Shown: in pieces, positions 19,053-27,636 of the stretch
How positions within the stretch are numbered: the first letter of the stretch is position 1
Layout of the letters: the number at the start of each line of letters is the position of its first letter
Virus record (IMG/VR): IMGVR_UViG_3300009159_005817
Location: 62,001-122,425 of that record
DNA length: 60,425 nt
Source: an uncultured virus (IMG/VR IMGVR_UViG_3300009159_005817)
Lineage: Duplodnaviria > Heunggongvirae > Uroviricota > Caudoviricetes
Strand: one strand, 5' to 3'
Program-made: the position numbers and the translations under genes
Notes under the pieces: generated by a model
Seen by the model: the letters and a program-made list of their open reading frames with translations, nothing else
Database searches by the model: none
What the model was told of the DNA's origin: nothing

Positions 19053-20141
19053 ATGACAATATCTCAAAAGCAATTTAGTGACTTCCGAGAAGACGCACTA
19101 AAAAATCAACCACTCCGCAAGGAAATCGCACTAGCCGATATTCGTTTCGTCACTATGGATGCAATCGAATATGCCGGTTTAAACTTTGGACTTGCTCGTC
19201 CTGCACTTAAAGATCTAATGCGTATATTAGGTGTAAACATGAATATCGAATCTCGCTTATCTGAATCTATCGGTGAGGATGGTGCGAGGAACTTCCTTAA
19301 TGGTCTAAGATCTGCACTATCTAAATCAGCCGGATCTATTATCTTATCGGTTACACCAGATCGCATCATTCAACGTATCACTAAAGGTGGAAAAGAAACT
19401 TCACTCTTTACTGCACCTACCTACTTCAATACAGTAGATCGCTTTATGAATACCAACTCCGGTATGGAAATAAAGGATATGCACTTCAATCGCGAAACAG
19501 GTGGAATATCGCTCTCTGCGGCTTCACCCAAATCAGAATTTAACGTGGGTAACTTTAACGATGAGGTTTTCCATGGAGGATTAAATCTCTCTATCACTGC
19601 CGATGGAATTAAAGCCGCTCCTTATCTACACCGTCTAGTGTGTACGAACGGAATGGTAACACGTTCTTTCGAGGAATCCTTTAATCTTAATCGCAACACC
19701 ACTGAAAGTTGGACTTCCTTCTGGCAGAATCTAGAAAGAATCGAACACTCTGGATTTCAACCCATCGCCTTTACCAACAAGGTACTCGCTGCGAAAAACA
19801 CTACTGCTTCTTTCGCTGAGATGGAAAGATCAATGAACCTCATCCTAGGTAATTCAAAATGTGATCTAGACAATCTACCCCAATTCATCAATTACCGTCC
19901 GACCTTCAATCGTCTACACTCTACAGGAATCGATACCCTGAAGTTAACACCAGGACAGAAACGCAATCTACGTACTGGCTTAACCATGTGGGATTGCATT
20001 AATGGAGTTACCGATTTTGCCTCACACAATTATGGTTTTGAAAAAACAGCTAACTGTGATCGCCACTTACAGTTACAAGCTGGTGATATCCTCACTAAGG
20101 ACTTCGACACACAAAACCTAATCCTGAATCAACCTTACTAA
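19053..20141 (+). CDS. DUF932/DUF945-like protein
   Basis: RLVCTNGM signature; C-terminal TMWDCINGVT..ASH. Confidence 0.7.
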   Translation: MTISQKQFSDFREDALKNQPLRKEIALADIRFVTMDAIEYAGLNFGLARPALKDLMRILGVNMNIESRLSESIGEDGARNFLNGLRSALSKSAGSIILSVTPDRIIQRITKGGKETSLFTAPTYFNTVDRFMNTNSGMEIKDMHFNRETGGISLSAASPKSEFNVGNFNDEVFHGGLNLSITADGIKAAPYLHRLVCTNGMVTRSFEESFNLNRNTTESWTSFWQNLERIEHSGFQPIAFTNKVLAAKNTTASFAEMERSMNLILGNSKCDLDNLPQFINYRPTFNRLHSTGIDTLKLTPGQKRNLRTGLTMWDCINGVTDFASHNYGFEKTANCDRHLQLQAGDILTKDFDTQNLILNQPY

Positions 20142-20185
20142 GAGTAAGGAACTGCGAGTGGAGAAAACCACTCTAATTTGATAAT

Positions 20186-20223
20186 ACCACTAAGGCTGCT
20201 CACTAGAGTGGCCTTTTTGTGGT
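20186..20223 (+). terminator. intrinsic terminator
   Basis: AAGGCTGCTC-ACTA-GAGTGGCCTT then TTT; outer ACCAC/GTGGT pairing. Confidence 0.7.
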
Positions 20224-20239
20224 TTACACAGCGAGACTG

Positions 20240-21100
20240 CCCTATTACTCACCTTTACCACCTAGAAGAGACTAGATACCTTCTAGTCTCACCTAATAAG
20301 GGCCTGTACAGATCTAGACCAGCAAAACAACATCCTACTAGATCTAGATCTTAACAAGAAGAGCCTAGATAGACTAGATGAGTACTAGCAGTGTACTAGT
20401 AGGATCTATTAAGGCTAGAAGCAGACTAGAAGAGCTCAATATATCCACATATAGGACAGAAGAGTGCTATAAAGACTCATATATACTCATTATATCACCG
20501 ATAGATCATCTAGAAGCCGCTGAGGTGAGCTATAGGGACTAGAAAGTCAAAAAAAGGTCACAAAAAGCCAAAAAGGATCACTTTTAGCCAAAAAGGATCA
20601 AAAAGGCCACATGTGCTCCTCGTAATCCATGTCTTGTCCGCGTTAACGTCCCGTGGAAGTCCAGTCCTGGCTAGGGCCCATGAAATTCCGGACATTTTTG
20701 ACCCTCGAAACTTTGGGCCGGAAATAAGGCGACGCACATCCCACTCTATACGGAAAGCCCTTTCTGGTAACGCGAGTAAGAGAAGCCCAAAGGCCTTTTT
20801 AAAAAAATTTTCCAGACTATATAGGATCTCTCGAAACTCATTGACTAATATATAGAGTAGCCGGTGAGTCTTTTTAAACCTTTCTGACTCTTTGTTTTGC
20901 TCGAAGGAGAAGGTACTGACAGAGTGAAGACGGCTACTTTGTTTACAGTAATCTGTTAATAGTAAACTCTTACCCGACGCAAACGACGAGGGGCCATCCA
21001 GACTTCTCTGATGGTTTATTTCGCATCCCTCTTTTATACTCTCGGTATAAATTCGAGACCTCGATTGAACTGCCGATACCGCGACTCGCATCTGATAACC
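20240..21100. other. non-coding structural DNA block (periodic CTAG, phased A-tracts, GC-rich core); candidate packaging/replication site
   Basis: CTAG/CTAN on a ~10.25-bp period 20242-20542; GCCAAAAAGGATCA repeats at 20567 and 20587; AAAGGCCTTTTTAAAAAAATTTTCC near 20790. Confidence 0.55.
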
Positions 21101-21162
21101 ACGATAAATAAACCATATACTCGATCTTACCGGCGAATCGTGTAAGTCATATAAAAACTAAT

Positions 21163-21489
21163 ATGGAAATGAAAACTGTAATGTACTGTTCAACTATTGA
21201 AGATGCACGAGAGTGTATTGAAGATGATACGACGATATTTCCGCTTCTCGAAAGAGCTCTGATTACCATGTGGAAGACAACCTCTCACTCTGAGGAAGTT
21301 CTAGAAATCCGTTGTATGGATGTAGGTGCTTCTATGTGGGTAACTCTCCGTCGAAGTGAGTGTGATGAAGTATGGGAGAAGATCATCACTTGGAGAAGTG
21401 GAAGAGAAGAGTGGGAAGAACTGACGGTACTTAAAGATATTCGAGATGAGTGGTTCAACTCTAAGAAGGTTGTGGAGCCAGTCCATTGA
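21163..21489 (+). CDS. hypothetical protein
   Basis: 108-aa ORF; CATATAA at 21148. Confidence 0.6.
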   Translation: MEMKTVMYCSTIEDARECIEDDTTIFPLLERALITMWKTTSHSEEVLEIRCMDVGASMWVTLRRSECDEVWEKIITWRSGREEWEELTVLKDIRDEWFNSKKVVEPVH

Positions 21490-21492
21490 AAA

Positions 21493-21597
21493 AAAAAAGC
21501 CCTCCAGCGTTCAAACTCTGAGTTTCAGGAATAAATAGAAATATAAACGAACAAAAAAGCGCGCAGCGGCTTCCACCTCTGAGTACCAAGAATAAAT
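21493..21597 (+). repeat. duplicated ~45-nt module ending in GAATAAAT (late-promoter-like)
   Basis: AAAAAAGC..CAGCG..TTC.A.CTCTGAGT..CA.GAATAAAT twice; CTCTGAGT at 21516 and 21577. Confidence 0.55.
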
Positions 21598-21973
21598 GAA
21601 ATCAATACCTACATATCACGAATTCCTTAATGAGACCGTCTCATTTAATACCGATACTACTGGTCGTGAAGATTGGGATGATGATCTAAAGAAACATTCT
21701 AGAGATTTTACTCAATCTATAGTAATAATGAGTCCGATGGATTTCTTGAAGAGAGTTCAATATCACCGATTTGAGATTAATAAATCTAAAGTGGCTAATT
21801 ATGTTAAAGAATTTCGTGGTAATGTCAAAGGAATTCCAGCACCAACCATGTGGTTCTCTGATAAGTTTCAATACGATAAAGGACTTGCTCCTGCTTTTCA
21901 TGATGGATCTCATCGCATGCTAGCTCTACAAGAAGTAGGGATACGAGAAGTTCCGGTTAAAATTATATACTAA
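21596..21973 (+). CDS. capsid-targeting-motif protein with ParB/Srx-like domain
   Basis: N-term MKSIPTYHEFLNE; HDGSHRMLALQEVG.REVPV. Confidence 0.7.
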   Translation: MKSIPTYHEFLNETVSFNTDTTGREDWDDDLKKHSRDFTQSIVIMSPMDFLKRVQYHRFEINKSKVANYVKEFRGNVKGIPAPTMWFSDKFQYDKGLAPAFHDGSHRMLALQEVGIREVPVKIIY

Positions 21974-21974
21974 G

Positions 21975-22595
21975 ATGAAAAACATTCAAACATACGAAAG
22001 CTTCTTAAATGAACTTCGACATTCAAAAGAGTTTTTAATAGACCTATTTTCTAAAATGGATATTTTAGATAATGATGTATACAAAAACATTTTAATCCAT
22101 TACATTGAACAACCACAAAATTTAGAAAAACAAGAGTTCATTGATTTAGTTTCATGGTTGATCCAGAATAAAAACAAGTACAGTGAAGTACTAAAGCCTA
22201 AAAATGGATATGCATACAGAGGAACTTCAATAACTCCTGATATGTTTCATAAATTAAAAAATGGATTATCAAAAAAAGAAGGTGGTATAAGCATATTTAA
22301 CTTTCCTTATACCAGCGAATCAGAAGCACAAAGTTGGACATATGATTATAAAGTAGCAATGAGGTTTGCGGATAAAGGTCTTTTAAATAACCCTAGATTA
22401 GAAAAAGGAGCTAGACCAGCTATTTTAAGAGCTAAGATAGATGATACATTTGTAGGTAATCCTAAGTTGACTGGTCCCATAGCTGACCGATTAAGTCTGA
22501 AGTCCGAAAAGGAAATATTTCATTTAGGGAATTCTATAAAAGATGCTGAATGGATGATATTCTCAGCCGATATAGAATTAGGAAAATTTAATTAG
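21975..22595 (+). CDS. capsid-targeting-motif protein, R-S-E ADP-ribosyltransferase
   Basis: N-term MKNIQTYESFLNE; YRG, QSWT..YKVAMRFA, SEKEI. Confidence 0.7.
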   Translation: MKNIQTYESFLNELRHSKEFLIDLFSKMDILDNDVYKNILIHYIEQPQNLEKQEFIDLVSWLIQNKNKYSEVLKPKNGYAYRGTSITPDMFHKLKNGLSKKEGGISIFNFPYTSESEAQSWTYDYKVAMRFADKGLLNNPRLEKGARPAILRAKIDDTFVGNPKLTGPIADRLSLKSEKEIFHLGNSIKDAEWMIFSADIELGKFN

Positions 22596-22605
22596 TATAA
22601 AGACT

Positions 22606-23004
22606 ATGAAATCAATATCGACATATGATGAATTCTTAAATGAGTCTATTCGTGCAGAAGAGGCTTATCGAGATACAGGAGCTATTCAAACCGTCATTGA
22701 TGGAAAGAGAGATATGGGATTCATTACCATCAAATCATCGGTTGATGTGAGCGAAAAAGAATTCTGGACATTGGTGAAGATACACGATCTGAGTACCATT
22801 CACCTATCTGGAAATGAATATGATGCCTATATCTATTATCATAAAGGAGCCGAGCGAGGTGCCAGAGAGCTAGCGAAGATTGCTAACAAATACGGTGGAT
22901 ATCTATCACATGAAGCGACTGAACGAGAATCTCGTCGAATAGGCGAACTTCTAGGTTACGATCGACGAGACATAGATGATTATATAAAGAAAAACTACAA
23001 ATAA
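22606..23004 (+). CDS. capsid-targeting-motif protein, unknown domain
   Basis: N-term MKSISTYDEFLNE; C-term IGELLGY. Confidence 0.65.
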   Translation: MKSISTYDEFLNESIRAEEAYRDTGAIQTVIDGKRDMGFITIKSSVDVSEKEFWTLVKIHDLSTIHLSGNEYDAYIYYHKGAERGARELAKIANKYGGYLSHEATERESRRIGELLGYDRRDIDDYIKKNYK

Positions 23005-23159
23005 TGGATAATGGAAAACGTAATCAATTAAAACCTGTGAGAATCGCTGATGTTAATAAGTTGGTGGCTAATGATCCGAGGATTCTTATTAAAGTTAATC
23101 ATAAAGGTGGAAGTGGAGTTTCTCTTATGAACACTAATAAAATTAAAGACCGAAAATAA
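23004..23159 (+). CDS. 51-aa hypothetical protein (not in ORF track)
   Basis: MDNGKRNQLKPV...KDRK fills the gap with a TAATG overlap. Confidence 0.4.
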   Translation: MDNGKRNQLKPVRIADVNKLVANDPRILIKVNHKGGSGVSLMNTNKIKDRK

Positions 23160-23161
23160 GA

Positions 23162-23866
23162 ATGAGAAAGATAGCCTTATATGAGCAATGGATAAATGAA
23201 ATTGGTGATTCATCAGCCAAGCCATTCAAATGGAGTAGTCCTGTTATCGCTGTTAATATGAAGAGATGGATAGATGATTGTATCGAAGGAGCTGCAGACA
23301 AGAAGATGAGTGGAACTCAAGAAGATATTTACTATAAAACTAAAACATTTAGATATGAATTCCGATCGGATGTGACTAATACAAATTATCATGTACACAT
23401 CGGTGGATTTGTTGGTAGAAATATCTGGATTGCCTTTCAAGGAGAAAAACCTAAAGATTGGGTTGGATATCATATAATTGCCGGATTAGGATTTGGTGTT
23501 GAAGGAGATTTCGATAAAACTACTAATCTTAATGAACAATTCCGAGTAATGGCAACCGTTACCGAATGTGCCATTGATTTTCTACAACGATTCTTGGATG
23601 ATGGACGAATCAAGATTGATAAATTTCACATGAAACCTAAGGCCGATCACGAAGAACAAAAAGGAATAGATTCTCGTCGAGCTAAACTATATGCCCCTTA
23701 TATTAAAGCCGCATTCCGCAAACTCAAAACGAAGAAGGATTATTACATAGATCAAGAGGCAGATGGATTCGTTCTTCATTTCGGAAAGGTCATAATGAAC
23801 TCTCCTTATTCCACTTCAGTATTAGCATCAACCTTTGAAAATGAAGAATCCAATGAAATCAATTAA
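23162..23866 (+). CDS. capsid-targeting-motif protein, unknown domain
   Basis: N-term MRKIALYEQWINE; MATV...F...SRRAKLY. Confidence 0.65.
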   Translation: MRKIALYEQWINEIGDSSAKPFKWSSPVIAVNMKRWIDDCIEGAADKKMSGTQEDIYYKTKTFRYEFRSDVTNTNYHVHIGGFVGRNIWIAFQGEKPKDWVGYHIIAGLGFGVEGDFDKTTNLNEQFRVMATVTECAIDFLQRFLDDGRIKIDKFHMKPKADHEEQKGIDSRRAKLYAPYIKAAFRKLKTKKDYYIDQEADGFVLHFGKVIMNSPYSTSVLASTFENEESNEIN

Positions 23867-24923
23867 GCTATATGAAGCCTTCTTAACAGAAGGAGGCTGG
23901 GCAACAACCAAAACACAAGGAACCGTTCTGACTCCAGCTGTTATCGCTGAGGTTGTGAAGGTTATGGATCTGATCAATACGGGATTCAATGGACATTTGA
24001 GAGAGCTTGAACTTCCCACTCTAGATATTCTAAAACCTATTGGCAGTGGAACTTGGTGGAGTGAAGATGTGACCGAACAACCAGACAAAACTTATGGAGA
24101 TGTCGATTACATGGTTGCCTATCCCACTTTGAAGCTCACTGCTGGTCGTGATAGAGAAGATGAGATTGCTACGGTGAAGCTATACAATACCGAGCTGCTC
24201 ATGTGGTTAGAGGAAGAAGGTATCACCGATGTAGATATTGATGAGACGAAGAAAATATCTTCGGATGTTTCTCTTAAGTTAATTGCGATCGTTCCCTTTA
24301 ATGGAACTGATGCATATGTTCAGGTTGATATGGTTGTTACTCACAAAGAGTATAGTGATTGGGCAGTATTCCGTATGACTCCTATTCGTAACGTTAAAGG
24401 TTTTGTGCTAGGAAATCTCTACTCTTCATTTGGTGAAGTTCTAGATTTGTCTATTCAGGCAAGAGGAGTAAGAGCTAAATTTGAAGGTCAGGTTATGAAG
24501 CCTTATTCTAAACGAGCTAATGTTGAGGATCGCATCATCTCACAAAATGCTGAATCATTCATGACCGATATCGCTCGTTTCTTTTGGGAACAGAGCGGAA
24601 CAGATATTCCATTCACCGCTACTCCTATCGAATCTTGGAAGGGAATGGATCGCAACTCTCCTCGATTCGAAGATCTAGCCGAAGGAATTCGTCTGGTTGC
24701 CGAGACACTAGGTCAGCTAGACGAATTTGGAACTACTATTAAATACAAATCAGCTGCTGATCTACTAAATGCAGTGATTGCTCAATATACGAAGAAGATG
24801 ATGGAAGCTTATAATTCTGCTAAATTTGATAAGGCAGAAACTCCAGCAGCAAAAGCCATTATCACTAAAGTTAGAGCAACCATTGACGAATATATCAGTC
24901 TGGCTAAATCACTACTTACATAA
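23853..24923 (+). CDS. capsid-targeting-motif protein, Pol-beta-superfamily nucleotidyltransferase
   Basis: N-term MKSIKLYEAFLTE; IGSG...YGDVD...QVD catalytic motifs. Confidence 0.72.
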   Translation: MKSIKLYEAFLTEGGWATTKTQGTVLTPAVIAEVVKVMDLINTGFNGHLRELELPTLDILKPIGSGTWWSEDVTEQPDKTYGDVDYMVAYPTLKLTAGRDREDEIATVKLYNTELLMWLEEEGITDVDIDETKKISSDVSLKLIAIVPFNGTDAYVQVDMVVTHKEYSDWAVFRMTPIRNVKGFVLGNLYSSFGEVLDLSIQARGVRAKFEGQVMKPYSKRANVEDRIISQNAESFMTDIARFFWEQSGTDIPFTATPIESWKGMDRNSPRFEDLAEGIRLVAETLGQLDEFGTTIKYKSAADLLNAVIAQYTKKMMEAYNSAKFDKAETPAAKAIITKVRATIDEYISLAKSLLT

Positions 24924-24930
24924 AAGTAAT

Positions 24931-25305
24931 ATGTTATACTATTCACCAAAAATTGCAGTCGGAGAATCGACTGTAGCAGGCAGAGGTGTATTTGCCATAG
25001 CCGATATAGAGGCTGGAGAGGTACTTGAAGAGTGCCACTTCTTTTTACTAACTAATGGTAATCATTCAGCTATGGATGATACTTTAAAAGAGATGGTATT
25101 CGCATGGCCGGCATATAATGATGTTCATCAATTTGCTGTTGTACTAGGCAGTGGAACTGTTTATAATCATTCATATGAAAACAATGCAACCTGGGATACT
25201 GATGAAGCTAAATGCTGTTTCAGATTTTCTTCTACTCGAGACATAAAGGCCGGTGAAGAGATATTCACAAATTATAACCGAAGCGGAGGAAATCACTTTG
25301 ATTGA
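24931..25305 (+). CDS. SET-domain methyltransferase
   Basis: GRGVFA..DI.AGE, YNHS..NNA, RDIKAGEEIFTNY. Confidence 0.9.
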   Translation: MLYYSPKIAVGESTVAGRGVFAIADIEAGEVLEECHFFLLTNGNHSAMDDTLKEMVFAWPAYNDVHQFAVVLGSGTVYNHSYENNATWDTDEAKCCFRFSSTRDIKAGEEIFTNYNRSGGNHFD

Positions 25306-25331
25306 TAAATATAAAAACACACAAAAGCTAA

Positions 25332-26249
25332 ATGGCTAATTCAACATACACAGATCTTCAAGTTCTTATTCAACGAATAAGAGGTAAGCGAGTTCTTCTT
25401 CTTACAACATCTAATAGATGGAGTGGTGATGAAGGAGGAAAACCTAAATCTACTCAATTGGCTGAGTTAATAGCCAGATCTTTATACGACGATTCAACGG
25501 ATTCTACTCTTTGTAAAGTAATAGATATTCCATCTCTCAATATTCACAACTGTGAAGGTAATGTATCTTCCGGAAGTGGTAATGGTTGTGGAGTTAAGGC
25601 TGCTGCCCTAAAGGATACCACTAAAAATCCTACTGGTAATCTTCGTTGTTGGGCTTCTATTAATAATGCCGATGATGAGTTATGGAAAGTTAGTAATGCT
25701 ATATTCGAATCAGATGTAGTCCTCTTCTTTGCTTCTACAAGATGGGGTCAGGCAAATGCATTCTATCAAAAACTTATCGAACGTCTAACTTGGTTAGAGA
25801 ATCGTCACACTACTCTTGGTGAATCTAATCTACTAGGAAATATTGAAGCTGGTGGATTCTTCATTGGACACAATTGGAATGTAGAAGATGTAATGAATAC
25901 TCAAAGAACGGTACTTCAGTATTTCGGATTTCAAGTTCCACCTCAACTTTTTCTTCACTGGCAATGGACTAATAGTGATACTAACGAAACTCAGAAAGGA
26001 TATGAAGCTGATGCTAAAGACTTCAAAGAGGTTTGGAAAGTTGGAACATATCCTTTAGAGGAAAGTTTTAATCGTTGGTTGAATGAAGCTGGTTATGATG
26101 CTGGTTCTAGAAAACCTACTCCGGAAGAGGTTGAAATGTGCAAATCTCCAGAAGGATTTAATCAGATAAACCACTGCAAAGCTTTAGGACTTACTCCTCG
26201 TGAAGATGGAACCAAAGCCAAATCTAAAAAATATGGTGGTGACGCATAA
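25332..26249 (+). CDS. flavodoxin-fold NAD(P)H:FMN reductase-like protein with internal CTS-like motif and short C-terminal domain
   Basis: LLTTSNR, CEGNVS, RCWAS...DDE, ASTRWGQ; internal EESFNRWLNE. Confidence 0.7.
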   Translation: MANSTYTDLQVLIQRIRGKRVLLLTTSNRWSGDEGGKPKSTQLAELIARSLYDDSTDSTLCKVIDIPSLNIHNCEGNVSSGSGNGCGVKAAALKDTTKNPTGNLRCWASINNADDELWKVSNAIFESDVVLFFASTRWGQANAFYQKLIERLTWLENRHTTLGESNLLGNIEAGGFFIGHNWNVEDVMNTQRTVLQYFGFQVPPQLFLHWQWTNSDTNETQKGYEADAKDFKEVWKVGTYPLEESFNRWLNEAGYDAGSRKPTPEEVEMCKSPEGFNQINHCKALGLTPREDGTKAKSKKYGGDA

Positions 26250-27031
26250 TGAAACCGATAAAACTTTTTGAAGATTTTATTAATGAATTCGATACAGGTA
26301 AAGTATTACTAGGTGATCCTTCTTTATTGGGTAGACCTAATAAATGGGAAGATCTCGGAATAGAGTTTGAACCTAATACTGCTGACAAAACTCAATTAAT
26401 ACAATTGATAAAAGATTGGATTTTTAAAGTAAAGGCAGATCCAAAGATGGGACATATCCTTAAAGAATTGCTGCCCTTAAAAAAGAAGTTTCCGAAAATA
26501 TTAGAACCATCTGAAGGTAGATCCGTCTATGAAGGTACTTCTCTTTATAGAGGAACTATAATACCATTTAAAGAAGTGTTATCACTAAAGGGTAAATGGA
26601 AACGTAACGACGCGGTTGATATTTTTGGTGGTAGCCTAAATCTCAGTACATCATATAATTGGGAAAGTATTAATAGAAAGGGATTCACTTCGTTTACACC
26701 ATCTATCGAAATAGCGGCCACTTTTGCAGGAAGCCTTAGTTCAGAAAATTATAACGAAATTGTAGCATCTAAAACGGTTGTTAAAAGATTATTAGATGGA
26801 TCCATTGATGGTATGATTCCGATGATTATTAAAATTAAAGACACACATCCCTTAGCAATTATGAATCCGGTGTTTACTCAATCAATTCACGAATTCATGA
26901 ATGAATTTGAGGTATTTGTTGTTGGAAATAAAATCCGGGTTGATGAAGTTATAATTCCAGGATGGCATTACTACGAAAGAGATGCTAAAGAATTAGGAGT
27001 AGATCTTACAAAATATTTTAACATACAATGA
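26249..27031 (+). CDS. capsid-targeting-motif protein, R-S-E ADP-ribosyltransferase
   Basis: N-term MKPIKLFEDFINE; LYRG, FTSFT...IAATFA, NEFEV. Confidence 0.7.
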   Translation: MKPIKLFEDFINEFDTGKVLLGDPSLLGRPNKWEDLGIEFEPNTADKTQLIQLIKDWIFKVKADPKMGHILKELLPLKKKFPKILEPSEGRSVYEGTSLYRGTIIPFKEVLSLKGKWKRNDAVDIFGGSLNLSTSYNWESINRKGFTSFTPSIEIAATFAGSLSSENYNEIVASKTVVKRLLDGSIDGMIPMIIKIKDTHPLAIMNPVFTQSIHEFMNEFEVFVVGNKIRVDEVIIPGWHYYERDAKELGVDLTKYFNIQ

Positions 27032-27636
27032 AACATATCCAAGGTTTTAATACATTCCTTAATGAAGGCGAAGGTTTATTTGCTGATGCCGGTAAAGGAT
27101 CTACTAAAGGAATTGGATATGGAACGCCAGAAAAAGCTAAAGAGACTATTAAGATCGCTGACAAAATGAAGGCAGACGATCCAGGAAAAGCCGTTCAAAT
27201 CGTTAATGCCATGCTCAATCGAGCTAAATACTCAAATGGTCAGAATGATGGCATGAGAGCAGCAATTCCCATCTTTCAAAAATGGTTAAAGGCCAATCAA
27301 GCATCTGAATCATTTTTAGGAGTTGATGAATTCATTCTAGAAAAACTTTGGCAAAAGGAAGTAGAATCTTCTCACCTTAACGAAATTGAATATGACTCAT
27401 CAACTGAAGAACTAACTATTACTTTTAACAATGGAGACCGCTACAGATATTATGAAGTTCCTAAATCCATCTTCCGAGAATTTGCCAATGAGAAAACTAT
27501 TCTAGGAAAGATTGGTGGAGGAATTGTCAAAGGAGCCAAGAAGCTATTTGGTAAGGATATTGACGAAGGTACATATGGTAAAAAATTCTGGTCACTCATT
27601 CGTCGAGGTGGCTATCAATACGAAAAACTCTCATGA
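27028..27636 (+). CDS. capsid-targeting-motif protein, two domains with C-terminal KTSC
   Basis: N-term MKHIQGFNTFLNE; internal SFLGVDEFILE; SSHLNEIEYD...LTITFNNG.RYRY.EVP. Confidence 0.72.
   Translation: MKHIQGFNTFLNEGEGLFADAGKGSTKGIGYGTPEKAKETIKIADKMKADDPGKAVQIVNAMLNRAKYSNGQNDGMRAAIPIFQKWLKANQASESFLGVDEFILEKLWQKEVESSHLNEIEYDSSTEELTITFNNGDRYRYYEVPKSIFREFANEKTILGKIGGGIVKGAKKLFGKDIDEGTYGKKFWSLIRRGGYQYEKLS

Noticed and set aside
20558..21091. ORFs 20558-21091(-) and 20613-20855(+)
   Set aside because: Non-ATG starts, atypical composition and no motifs; they overlap a repeat-rich cis-acting block
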